Assembly: GCA_039545335.1 (NCBI GenBank)
Contig: BCIN01000003.1
Location: 1,685,941-1,749,940, forward strand
DNA length: 64,000 nt
Direction of reading: 5' to 3'
Source of the DNA: Kondoa subrosea
Lineage: Eukaryota
The translations under genes were made by a program, and so were the position numbers. Of the stretch, positions 23,735-38,984 are shown in pieces (position 1 is the stretch's first letter; the number at the start of each line of letters is the position of its first letter). The notes beneath the pieces are model-generated. The model ran no database searches. It was given only the letters and a program-made list of their open reading frames with translations, and was not told the origin of the DNA.

Positions 23735-25161
23735 TCACTTAATGCTCCGCTTGTGCTTCATCTTATCGACAAAGTCTTGACGCTCCATCTTGATCTTTCC
23801 GTGAAAGGCTGCATCACGAAGTCTAGAAAGTGCAGCAGCTTGATCGAACATGAGAAGAGCTTTATCGTCTTCTTCCAGAGCTGACAAGATCCGGGCAAGT
23901 AGACCAAAGCTGCTCCGTCCAAATCAGCAGATTGCTTTTGAGAGATGTATCTTAAGCTCACCCTTCGTAATGCATTGGATTATCCCGCAAGATGGCCTGC
24001 GTAGCTTTCTGAGCCAGATCAAACTGTTTTGTCTGAGCTCAAGTCAGTTCAAACCCTCGATAAGTCATGGATAGACGCACTTCGAGATAGGCTGCTGCTT
24101 GACTGTATCTCGCAGCTTCACGAGATTCCGGAGATAGTTTCATGTCCGACGCAACGGTGAAGAGCTCAATAGCTACTCGCTTGTTTCCACTTTCGTACTC
24201 TTTGATAGCTTGATCGACCAAGACTTTACCAGCGGCAAAGCGAGCGTTCACTGCAAGGAAGGAGGATCAGCAACAGACTATCGAAGAGGTTACCCATACG
24301 CTACCTTGAGCAGATTTAGCTGCCTCCTCTCGCTCCTGTCGAAGATTCAATAATGACATCAAAACGACCTAGTAAAGCGAACCCTCAATTCAGCTTCCTC
24401 AAGTTGAACACTCAAATCAGCCAATTCTTTGTCTCTAGCCTCTGTAACTTCTTCAATCTTTGCTTCTATTTGTGCTACGGTCTGCAGGATTGGCGAATCG
24501 GGCGTGTATGATGTAGCTGAAGATGTTTGCGGTTTCAATTCCTCTTGTTCCACCTCTGATGCCCAAGAAGATGATGCGGTGCTACTCTTGCTCATTGCTG
24601 GCGAGAACAGGTCTGGTGAATTGTTCGTGGATTGAGAACCGTTACGAAGACAATCAGCCAAGACTGGTAAAGATGTAACAGTTTCTCTGTTGCTGGCTTG
24701 CACAGTAATCAAGCCAGGGTTCTGAGGAACATTTTTACGCCAGCTAGATTTGTTTTGAGCGGGAGCAATCCTCTGTACGGCTAGAGAGTTTTGCGAAGAA
24801 TTGCGAAAAGCCCAAGTACTGTGACGACATTAGCTTGTACGATGCTGTTATGCCAGATGTGCCTACTCCTTGTATTCCTCTGGAGAATGGAAGAAGTGGC
24901 ATGGACTTCGCGTGCACTCCTTGCAAGTACACATTGCTCGCGCCAGAAGAGTTTCTGGTGTCCAAGCATGAGAGTAGCGATGGTGACATCCGCTACCTCG
25001 GCTACAGCTGCCATGCAAGACCTGTTGCGTTGAGTCAGCCATTACTTAAGTACTCCAGCAAGCGAGACAATCACTGTTTCTAAGCAGACTTTGTTCTCTG
25101 AAAGCGGTGCTTTGTTGGATCTAGTGGCTCTAGCAGGTCTCCAGCCATCAGACTGCGACAT
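23735..25161 (-). CDS. Protein with two N-terminal CCCH-like zinc fingers, coiled coil and C-terminal TPR-like helices
   Basis: Manual splice: MSQSDGWRPARA...VCLETVLHGSCSRGSGCHHRYSH...MCTCKECTRSPCHFFHSPEEY; EAKIEEVTEARDKELADL coiled coil; AIKEYESGNKRVAIELFTVA and ARYSQAAAYLE...FGLLARILSALEEDDKALLMFDQA TPR-like. Confidence 0.65.
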
Positions 25162-25651
25162 TGAGGGGATCGTCGATGCAGAAGAAGGAATTTTGGCGGC
25201 TGCCATCCCAAATACACGTCCGTGCGCAAGAAGATAACTACTCTTTATGGGAAAATAGCAGCCGAGTCCAACAAGAACGAATCACCGCAGCAGAAGAAGT
25301 GCCGTACACAAAAGCCAGCAATAGCAGACATCGAATGATATAAACATCAGAAGTTCCTGGAAGTCGCAGCGGAATACAATCCACCAAAGGTAGATAACAG
25401 CAGTTCGCAGCAGAGCTTTCGCCAGTACTACGATGTGACGAGACAAAGACAATTGACTGCTCCAAGAATCAAAGCTGGACTGAAAAGATGATTGTGCATA
25501 AGTCTGCAACGCGTTTGCTAGTTGCTTGTCAGGGCAGCAAGTGGGACACTGGTATATTGGCAATTGCGTTGAGGTAGAGAGCAGACATGCTAGATCTTTT
25601 GGACGTTTGGGACATAATGCAATGAAGATTACTGTCCGCGAATTAAGGCAA

Positions 25652-27535
25652 TCATGAAGCCTTCGTCTCTTGCTGGATCTCTCCACCATCAGGTTTCTGA
25701 TCTTCTCCGTAAGTGACTGGGTAACTGCATTAGCTCGCTCTCTTGAGCTCAAATGGAAATCATACCTCCTGATACTGTATCGATATCGTTCAGTCCGAGC
25801 TCTTCATCTTGGAAATGAGATCTAGGATAATGTTCTATTTGCATCTTTGGGTCTTCATCCGGGGCGTAAGGGTTTTGGATGTAGCTGTTTGCTAATGGAT
25901 CGTCCAGAATGACCGTGAATTGAATCTCAGCATTCATTGCCTGTTCAGAAATTATTTATTAAGCTGCATACAGCAATAAGAAGACATCACGGACCTGTTT
26001 CAATTTGCCCAAGAAAGCGTCCATAGCATCCACTTTGCCAGTTGCTGCTACAGAATCACCTCGTGCGAAAGCTCGACCGTCTAATTCTTCATACACTTGG
26101 TTCAAGAGACCTTCGAGGGTGGTAAATCTGCCTCCAAGGGTACCAGGATTCAGTTCGAGCCCAATTTCAGGTATTTGGAAATCGGATGTTTCGCTCTGCG
26201 CCGGAATTAGCACGCATAGCGGGAAATCGAGTAATGAGCACACCTTCAGGATATCTCGCTTGAGATCCTCTTCATCTTCTACTTGAAGAGTTATCTTCCT
26301 CGCTTGGGCTGAGATAGCTCCTCCTGATTTGATTTCGTTATCTCGATAGCCGCAGCTATGACAATTCGTCGACATGAGCATGACTTCCTGTGAGTCCCAT
26401 ACCTCGCGCTTAGCTGAGAAACAGCAGGAGCGGTGGTGTGACGCACTTTGAAATGCGGAATATCGACCTTCTTCATAAAAGTTTCCAAGCTCGCACCACA
26501 AGAAGAGCAAATATCAGGGAAACTGAGTACTTCTTCCGGGTTCTCAACATTCATATCATCAGTCAAAGTCTTTTCCTCTTTAGTAGCTTCCTCTTCTTGC
26601 CCTAATCCTAACGAAGCATTCTGTTCTTTCGTCCTCGTATATTCTCTTTTACTCCATTTTGGATCATTCAATCCACTAGTAGGTTCAGCAAAAGAGTTTC
26701 CAGACGGATCATCTAATCGTAAAGTGAATGAAGGTATCGATCGATCTGGATCCAATTCAGCAGTGTCTGATGTTTCTTCAGGTACGATTTCTCTCAACTT
26801 GTTTAAAAGAGTATCGATTTTCTCATAAACTTCTGGTTCAGTATGTTTTCGAACTGGTTGACCTATTGCAAGATCTTTAATGACATCGGAAATGACTCCT
26901 TCGACTGTTGTCATTTGTCCTTTGGCTGGTGGAATTGTTAATTCGTATTCTGGAATAGTGAGAGTGCAGGAATCTGATCGGACAAGTTGACGATCTAAGT
27001 CTTTCGCTGAGGTGATTTTGACCGTATAAACGGAACCCTTGTCTGTGAACCGAAACCTTACCTATCAGCAGTGAAGTTGAATGGGGAAGATTTCTGGTCA
27101 CCTTGAATCTGACCAGCAGATTGAATTTCGGTATTGCGATTGCCTGTGAATCTTCTTCATAAGTCTAACGCAGCAGTGCTACACTCGTGGAAGCTCACCG
27201 CAATGATCACAACGGAAAGCAGACAGAATGACTGGATACAAGAGGTCAGCATTAGGTCATAAGGGCAAGTTTCTGCAATGCTCACCTTCCTTGAAATACG
27301 GTATTGAAGTCAACAGCAGATTCGTAACTCCCTATTCCTCATCAATCAACTTTGCTGCAGACGACAAGCGATAGTCCTAGCTCACATTTTCACCGCACTC
27401 CATACAAAGCGATTCAATCTGTTGCACTGGATGCTCTACGTCTTCATTTGTGTCATCCACTACAGCTCCATCGAATCGATCATCGGCATCTTGAGCTCTG
27501 CTGCCTATAGACTTGAAGTACTGTTCGTTGGACAT
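25652..27535 (-). CDS. ZPR1: Zinc finger protein Zpr1 (eEF1A chaperone)
   Basis: IESLCMECGENG, IPYFKEV, FRCDHCG, TTVEGVI, LDDPSGNSF, CSSCG...IPHFKEV...CHSCGYRDNEIKSGG, GTLGGRFTTLEGLL, LDDPLANSYIQN. Confidence 0.96.
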
Positions 27536-27671
27536 CGTCACTGCTTGTAGAAAAGAAATTTCAAGATTTGTCATTTCACTCCTTTGAACCTGTACAGTGA
27601 AGTGGTAGATACCCACAGCCCTGGATTTGGATCATACACTTGCTAATATACCCTGCAATAAGCAAGACCAG

Positions 27672-28949
<1,278 letters not shown>

Positions 28950-29364
28950 ACATCGCGGTCACGCCTCTGGCGTCAAGATGTCTCGCTAAATCAGGACGTG
29001 TGCAAGGTCAGAGATTGTCTTCCTCAACAGCTGTTGTGCTTATCTCAACATTGCTTTGAACAGGAGCCTCTCGTTCGTCCGCAAGACCTTGGCAGACGGA
29101 ATCATCGTTGAAAGGTTCCCGAAAAGAAGCTGACGCCTTTCCAACATAAGACCATGCACATGAGATACTATGTACTCCAAATTGGCAAGAGGTCAAGTGC
29201 TTGCACTGGCGCAAAGTTAGTCTGCGTCAGCAGCATTGTTGCAATGCAACCCCGTTTGGAGACGGAGTAGCATACTATAGCGTTAGTTTGTAGTTTGTAA
29301 TTCACTGTCAAAGTTGCTATCAGTAAGCCATCATTCATGAAGTCTGATACGCTTCGCGAAATAT

Positions 29365-30765
29365 AAACAACGCTTGCTCTCGAACGATGTACTGATGCTC
29401 TCCGATGAGCTGCAAGTGCTTCTGCTGGCTGCAGTAACGCGTACATCGACTTGGATTAGCTTGCTAGTGCTACCTTACTATGTTCCAGCTTTCGATAATG
29501 CAGCAAGTCAAGTTCTATCGAAGGATGATCTGTGGCTACAAGGCTTGCTGAGATGGGATGCGTTGCACTTTGAAAGGATAGCGAGAAATGGTTATACACT
29601 GGAACAGGAATATGCCTTTATGCCAGCCTTGCCTCAAGTGATGCGATTCCTGGGGACTTGCTCTGGACTTGTGCCCTATTCTTCTGGACGTGCTATCTTG
29701 TGGACTTCTATCCTGGCTCTGCTATGTTCCATCCTGACTGTCGTGATATTCCATAGGTGCTTGATCTTCGCCTGATCGCTTCTTGTCCTCTTGCTCAGGC
29801 CTTTCTTTGTGGCAGGCTATCCCTTCGCGTCCTATCCAATCGATCGCTAGCCAAACAAGCAGCTGTTCTGTACTGTCTTACTCCTTCTCCAGCTACTCTA
29901 GTGTCACCTTACAACGAACCTTTCTTTGCGCTTTTTGCTTTCTTTGGCATGCTCCTACTGGAAAAGGATCGGATGCTACGAGTGGCAGTTCTCTTCTCTG
30001 CAGCAACATCATTCCGAGCAAACGGGATACTCAATGCTGGGTTTATATTGTATCGCCATGTTCAGCGGAATCTTCAAGTAAGTCTATTGTTGCTGCTAGT
30101 AAAGCTCAGCTAAGTTCTAGATAGACGAATACACCTTCGGGCATCCAAGGAGCTACAGCAGCAATTGCAACACTGATAGTCATCTTTCCTTTTCTTTATC
30201 GACAATTGCAAGCTTTCGACACCTTTTGCATTCTTGCAGACCAAACAAGACCTTGGTGCAACAATATGATACCATCCGTTTATACCTTTGTGCAAGAACA
30301 TTACTGGTTAGTCCGATTAATGTTGATATTACTCGAGCTGAACAATACAACAGGAACGTCGGACTGTTCCGCTACTGGACGCTCTTACAACTACCTCTGT
30401 TCCTACTCTCTGCTCCGGTATTGGCACTCTCATTCTCAGCAAGCTATCAATATTACAAGTCTCGCATCAACCAACCAATTTTCGATCAGATCATCTCGGC
30501 TTCATCACCTGTCAGCCAGAACTTCCTTTCAAATCCTCGTCTTCTACCCTACATCCATCTAAGCACAGTGTTGACCTGTATCCTCTTCTTTGCGTCGCAT
30601 GTTCAGATCTGTTTACGACTCATTGCAACTAATCCTGTTCCTTATTGGTATGCTGCACATCTCGTCAATACAAAGTCAGAGTGGGGTCAATATTGGTTGA
30701 ACTACTGCCTGATTTGGAGTCCTATTTCAGTCGTGCTTTGGGTTGGCTTCTTTCCCCCGGCTTAA
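29365..30765 (+). repeat. Left arm of ~1.4 kb inverted repeat (partner 52163-53567)
   Basis: Collinear with the reverse complement of 52163-53567 from aaacaacgc upstream of the ATG to the stop codon; about 92% nt identity in exon 1 by manual count. Confidence 0.95.
29395..30765 (+). CDS. GPI18: GPI mannosyltransferase II (PIG-V), copy 1; 4 exons
   Basis: LLRWDALHF..IA..GY.LEQEYAF.P, SPYNEPFF, FRANG, YTFVQEHYWNVG..RYW.L.QLPLFLL, HVQI..R, C-terminal FFPPA*. Confidence 0.93.
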
Positions 30766-30832
30766 CACGGGCCAAGAAGGAAGTTAGAAGAAGATAGAAA
30801 GCGAAAAAAAAAACATCTCTTGTTCACTAACG

Positions 30833-31341
30833 ATGGCAACATCAGCTCTTCCCTTTACTTACGAAAGCGCTCATGCCCAGGTGGAATTTGCTCAAGCACT
30901 TTGGAACACACAAAACCCTGAAGACTGCAGTTTAGCTTGTACTGAGGATTCAATATGGCGCAATGGAGATCAATTCTTCTCGGGCCGTGAAGCAATTGAT
31001 GACTTCCTGACAAGGAAATGGCGAAAGGAAACGTGTTATCGCTTGCGGGCAGAGTTGTTTGCTTTTGGCGATGATAGAATTGCTACGCAGTTCTGGTGTA
31101 AGTCTATATGCCAGAGGGCCACTGCATTCACTAAACTCCCCGAACAGACGAATACAAGGATTCTGAAAATGGCAAATGGTATCGATGTTACGGACTAGCA
31201 AACTGCACATTCAACGGTCAAGGCATGATGCGCAAGCGACAGATGTCCGGCAACGAGATCGAGATATCTGAGGCACAGAGATGGTTTAAGGAAGACGTGG
31301 CAGATGTGGACTTAGTCAAATTTACGGAGCGTCATTGGTAA
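30833..31341 (+). CDS. DUF1348 / SnoaL-like (NTF2-fold) protein; one intron
   Basis: PFTYESAH..V..AQALWNT, DSIWRN, GREAI..FLTRKW, YRLR.ELFAF, QFWYEY, WYRCYG, MRKRQMSGN. Confidence 0.88.
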
Positions 31342-31409
31342 CTTGCATAGGCGCATGTAGCCGTATATACAGTCGAATAACACATATAGTACACAAGGAA
31401 TGCATATCA

Positions 31410-33278
<1,869 letters not shown>

Positions 33279-33433
33279 ATCGCGGTTGGCAGATAAACAC
33301 TTTAATTTATTGGAATGCGCGGAAGGCCAGCTCTATGCGTATTGTATCGTATAAATATGCCATGCAGGTTATTCTTAATCAGTCATAAGGATATTAGCCC
33401 CAATAATACAAGCCCTCGCAGAACCCTGAAAAT

Positions 33434-36400
33434 CTAATCAGCAGAAACAGCTTGCTTCTCGACCCTGTTGCGAATGAACATTAGCCAAGCTCAAAGCGAG
33501 GAGAGGAATCGACGTACAATTCAGCATAAAGTCCTTTTTGACTCATCAGCTGTTGATGATTTCCCTTTTCGACCACACGACCCTTAGCAAAGACATAGAT
33601 CACATCGGCATGTTGGATAGTCGTCAGTCGGTGAGCAATAGCAATCGTTGATCTTCCTTTCGCAGCCTCGTCTGTTCAAAGGCAAATTGATAAGACGAGA
33701 TTCGCAAACTTGTTATAGAGACGAACCTAAAGCTGCTTGTACAACTCGCTCACTTTGACTATCAAGAGCGCTGGTAGCTTCATCAAGCAGTAGTACACGA
33801 GCTACGTATTGATTTAGATCATTTTCAATAGCATACGGGAAGCCATTGCCACTCACGTTGACGAATTAGCGCTCTAGCAATAGCAATGCGCTGCTTTTGG
33901 CCTCCAGACAGCTGGACACCCTTGTTGCCTACTTCGGTCTCAAATTTATCTGGTAGACCATTGATGAAGTCCAAAATATTTGCTTTTCTACATGCGTCAA
34001 GAATTTCTTCTTCGGTAACATCTTCATGTGCTTTTGTTGCGCCAAGAAGAATATTGAAACGCAGGGAACCGGCAAAGAGAGTCGGTTCTGTAAGATTATT
34101 TATAAGTAAACAGAGAAGGGTGAAGAACCTGATTTTCACAAACCTTGACTAACTAGCGCCAACTGGCTTCGATATGCTGTGACATTCATGGCGCTGATAT
34201 CTTGACCGTCTAGTAGCACTTTACCCCTCGCTGGATCATAGAAGCGTTCAAGCAAAGCAGTGGTCGTTCTATGCTAAAGATCAGCACAGCACAAAGCAAA
34301 TTTAGCCATACACACGATTTTCCGCAGCCTGACTCGCCGACTAAAGCGATGAATTGACCAGGCAAGACTTCTAAATTTAAGCCACGTAGAACTGGAACGT
34401 CCGGTCTTGTTGGATAGCGAAAGTGCACATCTTGCAATACGATATGACCCTTGGTGTCTGGCAGAACAACACCTTCTGTGCTATCCGCATCGATCTCTAC
34501 TTCTCCTTCGAACAGGTGTACAAGCTCGTCTGCCGCTGCTTGTGCTTTCGAGAAATCGGGACTATATTGGAACACTGAACCAGCTTGCGTGGTACCAAAG
34601 ATTGTGGCCGATAATGCAATGAAGAAGTTGGCTGCAGGTAGACCATCCAGTAGCTGCCTGGCTCCCCAGTCTGGCATCACAGTTAGTATTGTTCACCTCA
34701 CTGCAGAGTTTCACGTACAAAAGATTAGAGCGATAGTGAACTACTAACGGTTCAGTACTAAGCTTGTCATAATGGGCTGCAACTCACAAAACCTGCGCCA
34801 ACGGTACCACCCAGAATAACATTAGAGATGATAGCCGAACGTAAAGCTTTCTTTTGAGGACCTTCCAGAGCTTCAGAGTATGCACGCAGGCAATCGTCTT
34901 CGCGCGTAAGCGATGAAATTGTTCTTATTGCTGATGCAGACTCTGCAGCCAATTGCGCGGACGATTCGTGATCTTTCTTGTTTGTTTGATCGCGTAGTAC
35001 GACAAAGCGAAGACGAGCATAGCCAGCAACCAGGGTGAACGGTGCACTATCTAATATGTGAGTATCTTCATGATGCTCTTGACAGTCTTGGCTGACCAAG
35101 CAATACCCACAGCCGCAACCTTGGGCGCATAAGCGAGACCAACAATGTAACCTATTATCTCATATTAGATTGTGATTTACACAGTCATCAGGTCCAACTT
35201 ACCTGCTAGCAGTACTATGCCACTTTGAATGAAGAGACCCAAAGTAGATCCACTGAGACCTATATGCGACCGTGAGCAGAAGAATATGTTCAAACTGAAG
35301 ATACATTACCAAAGATCTTCTGCGGAAGTTCACTGATACGACTGGTCAGAGCGCCGGATGTATTCAAAGTGTTATCGAAGTATCGAATATCTTGCCTCAA
35401 TATCGAGCTGAAAGTTTTCTTACGCAATCGAGTGCTCAGAATTTCGGCGACCAGATTGAGGAAGTAGGTTTGCAGAGTGATGGCAAATGTAGCAACAATA
35501 GCAAGGATCAAGAAGTATAGGGCGCCTCGATTTCCGTCGCTCCTGATTTTGCCTCTGTCGGTCTCACCAAAGACACCCAAGATTTGGCCAAAGATGATTG
35601 AGAAGACAGGGAAAATCATTCCAGAGATGACAGCACCAATAGCTCCAAAGAAGTACTTGAGCTTCTGATCGCGATTGATCTGGTACATTCGCTTGAACAG
35701 GTAGCCAAGGTTCAATCGCTTGCGTTTCTCCTCGGGCTCTTCTCCATAAGCAGCGGAAGATGCGGCTGACTTCGATGTGGCAGTTCGACGCATAACTGGT
35801 GTTTCAGCTTCTTCCTGCTTGATTTGCTGTAGCTCTTTGTCCCCCGGTAGCTTGTCTTCTGAATCTTCTGTTTCGATGAACTTTTGAGCTTCAACAAGAG
35901 TCTTGTATGCACCGTTCTGGGCAATCAACGAGTGATGGTCACCAGTCTCGATGACTCGACCGGCATTTATGACAATGATTTGATCAGCGTTCTGGATAGT
36001 TGATAATCGATGCGCGATAGAGATTGTTGTACGGCCATGACTCGCTTTATCAAGCGCTTCTTGCACAAGCTTCTCACTGGTAGTGTCCAAAGCACTTGTA
36101 GCTTCGTCTGTAGTGTTCAATGAGCAAACGCCGAGATTGTTTCAAAAGGCGCAACGCACCTAGCAAGAGTATTGCGGGATTGCTAATGAGAGCACGAGCA
36201 ATACAAATTCGTTGTTTTTGCTGCAGGAGGGAGTCAGCTCAAGTGAGCTTTCCTGGACTTAATTACTTACGCCTCCTGAAACCAAGCTTCCTCTTTCTCC
36301 CATGTGCGTGTCCCACTTATCAGGTAGATTTTCGATAAAAGAGAATGCATTGGCAACTTTAGCGGCTTCATAGACCATTTCCCTCTTCTTTTCTGGCGAT

Positions 36401-38754
36401 GCATCTTCAAAAGGAGTATTGATCAAGCCATGGGCAATGTTATCGAACACTGAAATATTGAAAAGCACTGGTTCTTGGCTTACCAAACCGATGTGCGATC
36501 TGTACCATTTCAAGTGGAGATCCTTCGTTTCATGGCCGTCCAATTTGACTGATCCAGAGATAGGATCGTACCAACGTTCAATCAAAGCAAGAACACTTGA
36601 TTTTCCAGATCCAGATGCACCAACTAAGGCAGTGTGCTTGCCACGAGGGAACTTGCAGTGGAAATCATAAAGGACTTGCACTGTAGGACGAGAAGGATAG
36701 AAGAAGTTGATATTGCTGAATTCGATATCGCCTTGTACTGCAGGTAATTTCTCGCCTTTCTCGGACAAGCTGTCGATAGGCGGGACGCGATCAATGGTGT
36801 CGAAGAGCTTGCCAGCACTAGCGATGCCAGTAGTGAAAGCAGTCAAATTAGGAGCTGTTCCTCTAATTAGATCGAATAATTTTTGAAGTATAACGAGACG
36901 CACTGATATTGACCAGAGAGAAGCTCCCGATTACAATACTGAAGAAGCAAGTTACTATCTGACCGCTCGTCGCATGTCCGTCAAGGTACATCGTGATGCC
37001 GAACCAGAAAGCCAAACTTAAGAGAAAAAATCAGCTCAAAGTCGTGACAGCAAAATCCGACTTACCTGTACGCAAAGTAGAGCACACTAAAAAAGCACGC
37101 AAGACCTACAGCTTGAACCAAAGCAGCTTTCCGACCAACAACCAAAGTTCGATCATTGACGTTCGCGTACAGTCGAGCCAAATGATGTTGAATACCGAAA
37201 CTTTGAACAATCCGAACAGAAGTGAAAGCTTCTTCAGCTATCGTTCCTCCTCGTGCTACATCGTCCAAGGATTGTTTCTTGTATTTGGTAAGGAAAAAAT
37301 TCATGACGAAGCCAGTTATAGCGATAAGAGGTACTATAACTGAGCAGACTAGAGCGATTCGCCAATTGACAATGAAAGCAATACAGAAACCAGCGACGAA
37401 GGTTGCTAAAAGATTGATTGTGATGGCTACTTTTTCGCTGACGGCTTCTTGAACCAAATGAGTATTGTTCTACGGCAGTCACGAATCATAGATATGAGCG
37501 AACAGTGATGCTGATACTGAGGAGGTGCTTGACATACCATAATCTGGGTAGCGATTTCTCCACTTCCAGTACTATCATGAAAAGCGACATTTTGACGTAA
37601 GACAGCTCGTAGATATGCTTCTCTGAGTCTTCGCGAAGCGGTTTCACCAGTATAAGTCCAGACGGCACCAAAGAAAGCTGTGCTGAACCAAACGGCCAAA
37701 CCAATTCCCAGCAGAATCAATGCATCTTTATCGACTGTATCCAAGAGATCTGCTCGAACTTGGTTCAGGGGTGTTCCATTATTCAATGCAGATGTGAAGT
37801 TTGTGAAAGCAACAGTCAAATTGCCTGAACAAGATTATAAGTAATGCTCGACCACATTCTATGTAGCTACATACCGAAGATCAGCATTTGCGCTGGAATA
37901 GCAACACCGGCACAGATTGCCAAGAACAGGGCAATGAAATTGATCGCATGTTCTTTTCCGGTATGAAATCTGAATAGTTCGAGAAATTTGACAGTCCTCA
38001 TTGGAGGTACTGCAGCTTGATTCCTAAGCAGATCGGCTTGTTCTTTAGGTAAATGAGCATATTCATCCCCGATCGCAACAGCAGTATCGCTTGATCCACC
38101 GTCATGTGAACTAGCTTTCATCTTCTCCGATGGCTTCTCTGTCTTTTCAGGTATTTTCTCTGACAGATCTTTCTCCCTTGCTATTTTCTCAGTATCAATA
38201 GCCGCATCATCTCTAGCGGGCATGGTGAATGGCATAGCGTTTGCGAAATTCGCTAGACTACCAGGAACTTGCCCAGTGATTTCAGGTACTGCTGCTACTT
38301 CTTCTTGATGTGCTACATGTTCTGTTTCTGTATGTGCAGCGACATGTGAAGTTTCTTCTTGCTCAATGTTCTTATCTGATGATTCTGTTTGACTTGGCGC
38401 GAGGACTTCTCTAGATTCCGGTTCGTGTGAGGAATGGGCCGATGAAGGAGCTGTTACATGTGTTGTAACAGGCATATCTATAGGTGTATATAAAGGTGCA
38501 GCCGGAGTAGAAGTATCTTCTCGCTGTGTAATCGAAGCGGTTGATTGACCAAGAGGTAAGGAAAGGGCGCTCTCAAAGGCAGCATCTCTGCTCATTTCGG
38601 AATGCACGTAACTTCTTCTGCGAGGAGTAGTAGTGCCAGCAGTATTGAGAGACTCATTGAGCGATTCTTGTGTTATATTGCTTGCAGCGTCATAGAACGA
38701 ATGCCCTTGAGTAGATTCAGACAAAGCTGGTGATGGCGGTCGTAGGCCTGCCAT
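33434..38754 (-). CDS. Full-length ABCB (MDR1/P-glycoprotein-type) transporter, TMD-NBD x2, long N-terminal extension
   Basis: Two Walker A ([16 protein letters not shown]), signatures [15 protein letters not shown] twice, [21 protein letters not shown] motifs [12 protein letters not shown] and [14 protein letters not shown]. Confidence 0.95.
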
Positions 38755-38984
38755 ACTCGGGTATCCTCTGTAGCTAGGTATGCTTTCGTGGTTCTCTACA
38801 AGTTCCTCTTGAAATCGAACGAGGAACTCGAAGCGGCCGCCGGTTTGTGTGACTCGTGGTTGGCAGGTCACCCAAGACGTGAAGAGCAGAAAGACAGCAC
38901 AGCTTGGACAGCTCAAGGACCCAATCGGAAAGGCTGCAAGCAAGCGATTGGCCAAATAACAGCCGGAAGCAGCAAGTCATCTGC

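Noticed and set aside
25282..25752. 156-aa minus-strand ORF after ZPR1
   Set aside because: Begins inside the last ZPR1 intron, overlaps its final exon in another frame and runs into the 3' UTR; no motif
29008..29446. Short minus-strand ORFs upstream of GPI18 copy 1 as a remnant of a co-duplicated ICE2
   Set aside because: No convincing similarity to ICE2 (53605-55168) beyond a few nucleotides; no coherent gene model
29430..29488. ~59-nt identical tract between GPI18 copies as evidence of gene conversion
   Set aside because: At ~8% divergence over 1.4 kb of constrained coding sequence one such run is not unexpected; needs a formal test
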